From: Octopus bimaculoides
Lineage: Eukaryota
Assembly: GCF_001194135.2 (NCBI RefSeq)
Contig: NC_068982.1
Span: 129,771,516 to 129,813,563 of the forward strand
Reading direction: 5' to 3'
Length of the DNA: 42,048 nucleotides
Numbering within the stretch: the stretch's first letter is position 1; every line of letters starts with the position of its first letter. Positions 34,691 to 42,048 of the stretch are shown here, piece by piece. Under the pieces are notes generated by a model that saw only the letters and a program-made list of their open reading frames with translations, was not told where the DNA came from and did no database searches. The translations under genes were made by a program, and so were the position numbers.

Positions 34691-34694
34691 ATTG

Positions 34695-35080
34695 CCACGA
34701 AGTTTGTAAGACTATGAACCTGGAAGTTGGGGAGGAGCCTTTATGTGAGGAGATGAGGAGTTAAAGTATGAGAGAAGAGTAGGGAGAGCATGTTCTTGAT
34801 GTAGAGGAGCAACATGTCTACACACATTTAGAAGAAAGGGTTAAATGATCAGAGGAGCTGCAAAGCCATAAATAGTGATGATGTGGTGCCCAGGTGATTT
34901 TTCAAGGTACAAGGTGAATAGAAGTGAATGGCGATAGAACTAAGTGTTGGTGGATGGGTAGGTTTACAGTAGTGTCTGGGGGAGCAAAACATGAGGGTAT
35001 GGGAGAGGGAAGGTAGGCAACAACTGTAAGGATTGGGTCAAGTTGAAGAGTGGATAACCAATGATTCACGAGTTGGGTAA
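34695..35080 (-). mobile_element. CR1-like LINE 3' remnant
   Basis: Degenerate purine-rich plus-strand sequence resembling the 3' end of the 19210-20830 element; approximate. Confidence 0.4.
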
Positions 35081-35174
35081 GGTAAAGGGCAGAGGAAGCA
35101 GAAAGAGAGCAGCAGACAGTAATAATGATATTGTTGATAGGACAAGAATATATATATATATATATATATTATTT

Positions 35175-35505
35175 TTTACTTGCATCATTCACTGGACTGT
35201 AATCATGCTGGGGCATTGCCTTGATGAGCTTAGTTGAATAAATCAATCCAGTATTTATTTTTAAAATCTGGTACTTACTTTATCAGTCTCTTTTGAAAAA
35301 CGGCTAAGTTACAGGGACATAAACAAAAACATGGGTTGTCAACCCATGGTGGGGAGAATCACAAAGACACACTTGGCAGGCTTCCATACAGTTTCTATCT
35401 GCAAAATTTACTCATAAGGCATCAGTTGGTCCAGGACTATGGCAAACAGCACTTGCCCAAAGTGCTATACAGTAGGACAGAATCTGAAACTACAATGCCA
35501 TGCCT
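35175..35505 (-). mobile_element. SINE (OK/OR-like), diverged
   Basis: Reverse-oriented body (ggcttccatacagtttc...acttgcccaaagtgc) joined to a tail half similar to 41708-41903. Confidence 0.6.
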
Positions 35506-36389
35506 ATAAAGAAACATAATACCATTTTGTTTCTTTGAGAAGGATTTTGACATCTCTAACTGAAGATTTTGTTGGAGTAAATTAATGTTACAATTACTAA
35601 AGCTTAATTCTTGTACATGTTTCCTGATTTTATTTCCATTCACTGAAAATGTTTGCTTCACAATGGGGGGAAAAATATAACAACAAAAAGACAAACAAGC
35701 AAGAAACAATACAAATCTGATGTTTGTTTATATAGGAGTAGTTTACAAAAATAAAGGAATGAAGGACACATGCTATATGCTTTTCCTTTTTTAGAAGAAA
35801 CTGCATATAAGTTGCCAGTTATTATGACTATTACCTTACAGTTCAACAAATGCCTTCTAATTAATTTCATTTGTTGTAACAGCTTGGAAATGAAAATACA
35901 TGAATGATTTATACCAGATATTCATCTTACTAAAATATGAACACGAATAAAGATGCCAACAAGCAGACAAAATCTCTAATAAAGAACCAACTATCTGTGA
36001 ACCTTTTTTTTTAATTTTGAAATCACGTGAAAATTGTTGTTATTAAATACATTCCAAATTCAAAGAGCAACCTAAATGATAAGAATGATATCAACAGAAA
36101 ATCAGTAAAGCTTTGCAATTATGTATTGCTAATTTAAAATAAAATTAAGGAATTAAAAGACAAAAATCCAGTAAGCAAAACTAAACTATCCATTCTTTGT
36201 GAAGAAGCTTTTTAGTCCAGAACTAACCAATAATTATCAGCAATTCCTCATTTGTTCAATAGCAAATAGTTCAATAGTAAATTGTTCAATAGTTGTAATT
36301 TCTTGACACTGACAACTATGACAATAACTAACTATCACACCAATACAGACTGGGTGCTACTGACACAGAGCTAGTATCTCGAGTCGTAC

Positions 36390-36512
36390 CTGGTAATGTG
36401 TAAGGGATAGGGGTAGGAGCCTGTAACATGGTAGGCTGGAACGCTGCTCCGTCCTGATGAGTAGGTGGACCTTGTTCAGGATGAAATATGTGTGGTGGAC
36501 CTTGGGTAAAAT
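36390..36512 (-). CDS. CASC3: CASC3-like gene, upstream Pro-rich coding exon
   Basis: Acceptor atttgtgttccag|AT and donor CCAG|GTACG, phase 1-1. It encodes FTQGPPHIFHPEQGPPTHQDGAAFQPTMLQAPTPIPYTLP, and G|TT joins in frame to exon 29286-29485. Confidence 0.7.
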
Positions 36513-37014
36513 CTGGAACACAAATATTTTAAATAGGAAACAACCAATAGAGTAAAAAAAAATATCAATCAAAATACAAATCCCAGACAGAAGAGGAGAC
36601 ACAGTAGATTAAAATAAGCAAACACGAGAAACAGAAAACAAGGGAACTGAAATAATAAACAGACAGAACTTTTAACTAACTAGAGAAACCAAAAGAAAAG
36701 AGAATAAACCAATCCATGACATTTGGTGCAGATATAGGTCATATACACTAATCTAAAACATTTACAAAATATACAAAATAAAGCAAACAAATTGAAATGA
36801 ACTAGTGCAGATAATGACATGTTCCAGAGCCAAAAAGAAAAAAAAACAACAAAATAAAAGTACAGCAACACCATGCACAAAAATGAAACGAAAGAAAAAA
36901 AACCCCACACATCTATACAGTTAATAAAATTTAACTCAACAAACATCTCAATCCAGACATAGAATTACACAGATAAACAAATTATTCTAATAATTTATCG
37001 GGTGTAGGTACATG

Positions 37015-37049
<35 letters not shown>

Positions 37050-37100
37050 CATACATACATACATGTGTGTGTGTGTGCGTGCGTGCGCGCATGTGTGCAC
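37015..37100. repeat. Compound microsatellite (TA)n(CATA)n(TG)n(CG)n
   Basis: Directly visible; another long (TA)n tract lies at 16298-16353. Confidence 0.9.
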
Positions 37101-40100
37101 ACATGTTCTCAACAAAAGAGAAATGATGTCATAACTTAAGCTATTTGAATTATCTAGATGTGGTTGAAATGAAAATTTAAATCCTTATATGCCTAGTTGG
37201 GTTAATAGCATAGGAAAGTCATTTTACATGCAGTATGTCATCAGTTCAGTACAAAATTATAGAGCAACAATCAATCAGGGTTCATTTGAGATTTGTAATA
37301 ATTATATAACAAAGAAGAATGGAATTATCAGACCACTCTGTTGGCATGCACATCTAGTAGATATATTTAGAAAGAACAAAGTAGTAGTCTGTCTTTATAA
37401 AAAACTCACTTCTAATAGTTATAGTATATCTGTGCCCATTTATAACTGTATCAAAACTAAAATTAAATGCTGTCATAATGATAAGTATCTTAGAAGTAAA
37501 GAACTCTTTTAATATTTGGCATAACCTGAGTTATGTTTCATATTTATAACTGACTTTTGTAAGAGGCTTTATATCATTTTTTTAAAAATAATACTTATAC
37601 ATTCAAGTTAATGGGAAATACAATTCAAATGAGTGACACTTTTTAAATCTGGTTCTACTGAATACATAAAATATATTTTTGGCTGAGACATCTTACTAAA
37701 AGATATCTATTCTGATGAGATTTTTTCTTTTTCTTTCAGAGAAAAAAGAAGAAAAGTTGAAGATAAGCTATTTTACCGTAATTTCAGTAATTATAGTCAT
37801 GATGTTTGATAAGTAGATACAGTAAAAAATAAAAAAAAGTTATGAAAATATGAAAAATGCTTGAGATTTGACAGGAGTATTATTCATGCTACTAAACAAG
37901 GTCAGCTAGCAGTACCCTCTTTATGATAAGTAGATTTGTTTGGTTTAAATGATAAACAATTAATTTCTGCTATAGTTCTTGAAGAATCCCTTATAACATC
38001 CCAAGCTGATAACAAAGGATCCTATGTAAAGCAAATCTTTAAAGTAACTCCTTTTTTTACCAAACTGCTTCTTCAAGCAACAACAAAACTGTGCTGGAAT
38101 TTTTTGTCACCCATCCATTAGCTTGGGTAGATCCTCAATTTTATGTTGTGTGTCTCTGCTAATTAATATCAATGCAACTGAGTGGTCTTCATTCTTTACT
38201 GGGGTGTCACAGTCTTCAAAATATAACATCTAATATATGTTATTCAGCAAGATAGCAGTGGCCAGTAAAGCCTACTCTGCATTGGGTAATAATAGCATTC
38301 AGCGTATTTTATCAAGTACACCAACAGTAGTGAGGTTACCTTCTGTTGGGTCCATTCACTCAATGCAATGTGACCATGAAGTCATTAAATATTTTATCTC
38401 CAATGCTTGCACAGTTTGAAAGTTCTGCCATCATATATTTCCATAACAATGCTGGTCTATCACCAACGACTTCTAAGATGATAAACTTGTCATCAACTAC
38501 TACTTAGAGTGCTACCATATTAATAAATCCCTTAACTGAGTAGTTTGATGCTACAGAATTTAACTAATACTTGGGTAATTCATCTTCCCTGACCCATTTC
38601 CTGCAGTCCTTTATAAGCTTAGATAATCTATTGATAACTGATATAAATTTGAAAGACATGTGTGTGTGTGGAGGGAATTATCGTTTTAATGCAATGAAGT
38701 CACAAAAACAATTTAGTGTCAGACTAAATACCTTTCAGTATTTCAGTTCTATTCCTATGATTTAAATACAGATCCCAGTAGGGACCCTCTAGCTTTTTCA
38801 TCCCTCTAGGTTTGATAAAATAAAAACTAATATTGTACTGGAATTAATTTATTCAACTGAAAATCAATAATGTTCTTTCTTTTCAAGAATGTGCTGGGTC
38901 ACTAGAATTGACTATCCACCTTCCCAATATATTATCTTATGCCAAAGTAAGAAATCATTACTAGTATTATAGCACTATTGAAGATTAAATCATTGATTTC
39001 ACTCGTGTCATATTCATGGTGATAATATTTGGAACTTTTTCCAGGTTTCATTTTTCAGAGATCCTCCATTTTACCGTTAAATCTTGCAAACAAATCAGGT
39101 AAAAATGGGTTTCTGTACCCGAAATTATTGCAAGTGGGAAGTTTTGACCAACATTGGTAATAGAGTGAAGAAACTTGTGTCACACCTAAAAATATACAAT
39201 CCCTTACTTTTTCCTCCTATAGCCTATATCACTGAAAAGTGGTCCACCTCAGGTACTAGAAATCAATCCTCTTCAGTTTATCTATTGTTATCATATCAAT
39301 CTTCAGTTCTTTCACTGTTATAAACCTTGCCTTTTTCCATTTCAAGTATTGCATATGCCTTTGTAGTGCACATTTTTTTAATGGAGTTTATGAAGCACAA
39401 AAAGTGTCTTGAAATTACTTATTCTAAAGATGTCCTCCTCCATGTCCCAATAGTTATATAAATGCTAGATTCACAAAAAGTGTACAAGCATGCAATATAA
39501 TAGAAAAATAGCCTTAAATAATTATAAAACACAATAGTTCTGGAATTTTCAGTTCAATGAAATTGAAAATTCAAAAGACCTATTTCACCATCAATAATAA
39601 AATACATGTGATACAATATAGATATATACATGGTGTTCATTATAACACATGTGCTATTCTACTAAACAAATACACAGATAACAACCCAAAGACAAAAAAA
39701 CAACATCAAAACCCACTGACTAAACTTGTCAGTAGTGACAAATCAGCCATAGGCTACACAAATCAATTTAACTAAATATAACCATGCAAAAAAACAAAAA
39801 CAAAACAACAACAAAACATGATTTATTCATAAAAGATAGCAAATAAATCAATCAATTACCAAAAGAATATTGCTAAGAGAAAAGTATATTAGATTCATTA
39901 ACAGCGTTTAGATCAACAATAAAAGTTAAAAAAAAAAATTCATAATTACTTTCATAACATCATACAAAATTTTTAATTTAATTATCATGTCAATTTAACT
40001 ATCATGTTTTAATTCACATTTGTAATAAATACAAGAAATTCAGTTTTGACGAAACTATTGAAATTATGAATAAAATCAATTATAAACAAAGAAATATGCA

Positions 40101-41707
40101 TGAATTTAGCAGCTTTTAGATATGGTAAATCAAATTCAATATACAACTGTATTTCTAGTTTCAACCTAAATTAATTCTGGAGTTAAACCCCCACAGAAAA
40201 CATAGATAGATCTAACAACTGAAGAAGAAACTTAATGTTGATTAGTTGGGTCTCATTCACTTTGGAGTTCTCAAAATCCCACATTCTTTCTGTTAAGGAA
40301 TATCATATAACACATCTTAGAGCATTTGCTGAATAAGACCCATCTAAGTCTAAATTGGTTTTGACCCCTGTATATATTCCTTTCATGGGTGATACTCCCA
40401 AAATGATTTTAGAGCAAGATTATAAATATATTCATATACTGAATTATTTCATGTGTTTTATAGAGAGTTTAAATAATAATAATTGCGAAGGTTTATAAGT
40501 TAATTGATGATGCAAATGTAAAATCTCAAAACTGACAACTATTTAATCCATGTAGAAAAACATCTATGAAGTTATTTAATCTATATTGATGTAAATTAAT
40601 AAGTTGTAATCCTATCAATTAAGATTAAATAAAAGGTAAAAATGAAACCATACCAACAACTTTAATTTTAAGGGCTACAACAATCACTTTATGCTTTAAA
40701 TATATTAGAGCACAAAATGTTAATCATCCAACTAATCTGATTCATCAGAATCATTTGTTCTAAATAATTATATGAAATATTATACCAACATAAATAGGTT
40801 ATAAAATATGATGGAAAACAAATTAGAAATTTTAGTGAGAAAACTACAATATATACGAGTAATGTATACTCATTAATTGTTAATCAACTTCATTCAAAAT
40901 ATTATTATTACAGTCAAAGAATAAATGAAACTATAAACATGACAGTGTCTTTTGCTTTTTTAATTGTTTGTCAGAGTAGAAAAGACAATGACCACAATCC
41001 TTTTCAGGGTTTCTGAAACAGGTGGGAGGAAAGAAAGAAATTATCCTCAGGCCAGAGATCTAACCTGTTTGCTTGCAACTGAGCAGACCCTGTTGCAAGT
41101 GACCCTGAGACCTGGCAATGATGTTAAACCAGATGGGGGCCTCTCATTTCAAGATACTTCATTATGTTGCATAATGGGGAAAAAAAATTGAGACTCTGCT
41201 ATACATCCATGAAAGATTAAATATGAAAAATATGGCTTGTAAACTGTCCAACTAAAATGTTTTTACTAAGATTTGTAAGTATTTTAAAACAAACTATTTT
41301 GAAATATTCATAATTAAAGATCATTTCTAAAAATGAGCAGTAATCAAAAAGATCTGAATAGTAAGTATATCCAATCACACTTGCATTGCATTTCTTTCCT
41401 TGGAAAATAAGAATAAAAGATTCTCACAAAGAGTAGTCTTAATGCTCAATATTTTAACGGTATTTTTTTTTTAAAGAACTGCTGTAAATATTTCATTCCA
41501 AGACCAAAATAGCAATGATGAATAAATAGGCATTGCTCTTGCTATTCTAAAAGAATATACCTTCATATAAAAGGTATATAAAAATATTGTACAAATAACT
41601 TATAGCATATACTATAATTTTTTATTAAGATGCAGATACAAAGACAAATAACCTTTGGAATCAATACCTACAGATGAATGACAGGACCAAATAGCTTACC
41701 TGGAAAC

Positions 41708-41903
41708 TTACTCTCTTTTACTTGTTTCAGTCATTTGACTGCGGCCATGCTGGAGCACTGCCTTTAGTCGAGCAAATCAACCCCGGGACTTATTCTTTGT
41801 AAGCCCAGTACTTATTCTATTGGCTTCTTTTGCCAAGTGACGGGGACATAAACACACCAGCATCGGTTGTGAAGCAATGCTAGGGGAACAGACACACACA
41901 CAC
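41708..41903 (-). mobile_element. SINE 3' half, relatively young
   Basis: cttgtttcagtcatttgactgcggccatgctggagcac...ggggacataaacacacc...(ca)n; same family as 35175-35370. Confidence 0.7.
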
Positions 41904-41913
41904 ATATATAAAT

Positions 41914-42048
41914 ATCATCATCATCATCGTTTAACGTCTGCTTTCCATGCTAGCATGGGTTGGACGATTTCACTGAGGACTGGTGAAACCAGATGGCTAC
42001 ACCAGGCTCCAATCTGATTTGGCAGAGTTTCTACAGCTGGACGCCCTT
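41914..42048 (-). mobile_element. RTE-tail retroposon copy, continuing past the window end
   Basis: (cat)n-cgtttaacgtctgctttccatgctagcatggg..., near-identical to the copies at 17702 and 24153. Confidence 0.85.

Noticed and set aside
38150-39400. Slightly less AT-rich stretch that might be a decayed transposon or extra exons
   Set aside because: I found no open frame with valid splice sites or recognisable motifs on either strand, so I cannot support a call.
41690-41710. Strong donor-like CAG|GTAAG on the minus strand
   Set aside because: The upstream sequence is SINE, with no open coding exon or acceptor that I could link to the CASC3-like gene.
1-42048. CRISPR arrays or prokaryotic-type systems
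   Set aside because: No regularly spaced repeat-spacer array or operon structure is present. The short repeats are microsatellites and dispersed eukaryotic TEs.

Overview
AT-rich, repeat-dense eukaryotic genomic DNA with spliceosomal introns and four assembly gaps. The SINE, RTE-tail and MITE families resemble those of Octopus; this is an inference from repeat recognition, not a database result. Two host genes lie on the minus strand. The first is a complete two-exon NDUFB3 (complex I subunit B12, 95 aa; exons 21850-21968 and 15952-16120). The second is the 3' part of a proline-rich gene (exons 36390-36512, 29286-29485, 28539-28664, 27534-27860) whose GGTTYY...RRHKSAIPII motif resembles the C-terminus of CASC3/MLN51/Barentsz. 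Most of the rest is transposon-derived: a head-to-tail stack of R4/Dong-type LINE fragments separated by (TAA)n, RTE, CR1-like and HERO-like LINE pieces, one mariner and one Tc1 element with intact TIRs, hAT, mariner and TTAA MITEs, and tRNA-derived SINEs. The most unusual signals are two hammerhead-ribozyme-like loci near NDUFB3. One is a 43-bp palindrome made of two inverted, complementarily damaged Penelope-type minimal hammerheads (15598-15692). The other is a 348-bp tandem, retrozyme/pseudo-LTR-like unit with a hammerhead-like core in sense orientation inside the NDUFB3 intron (16356-16810). Most other ORF-track entries are TE remnants, chance ORFs or gap artefacts. All coordinates were read by eye, and TE boundaries are approximate unless TIRs or TSDs define them.
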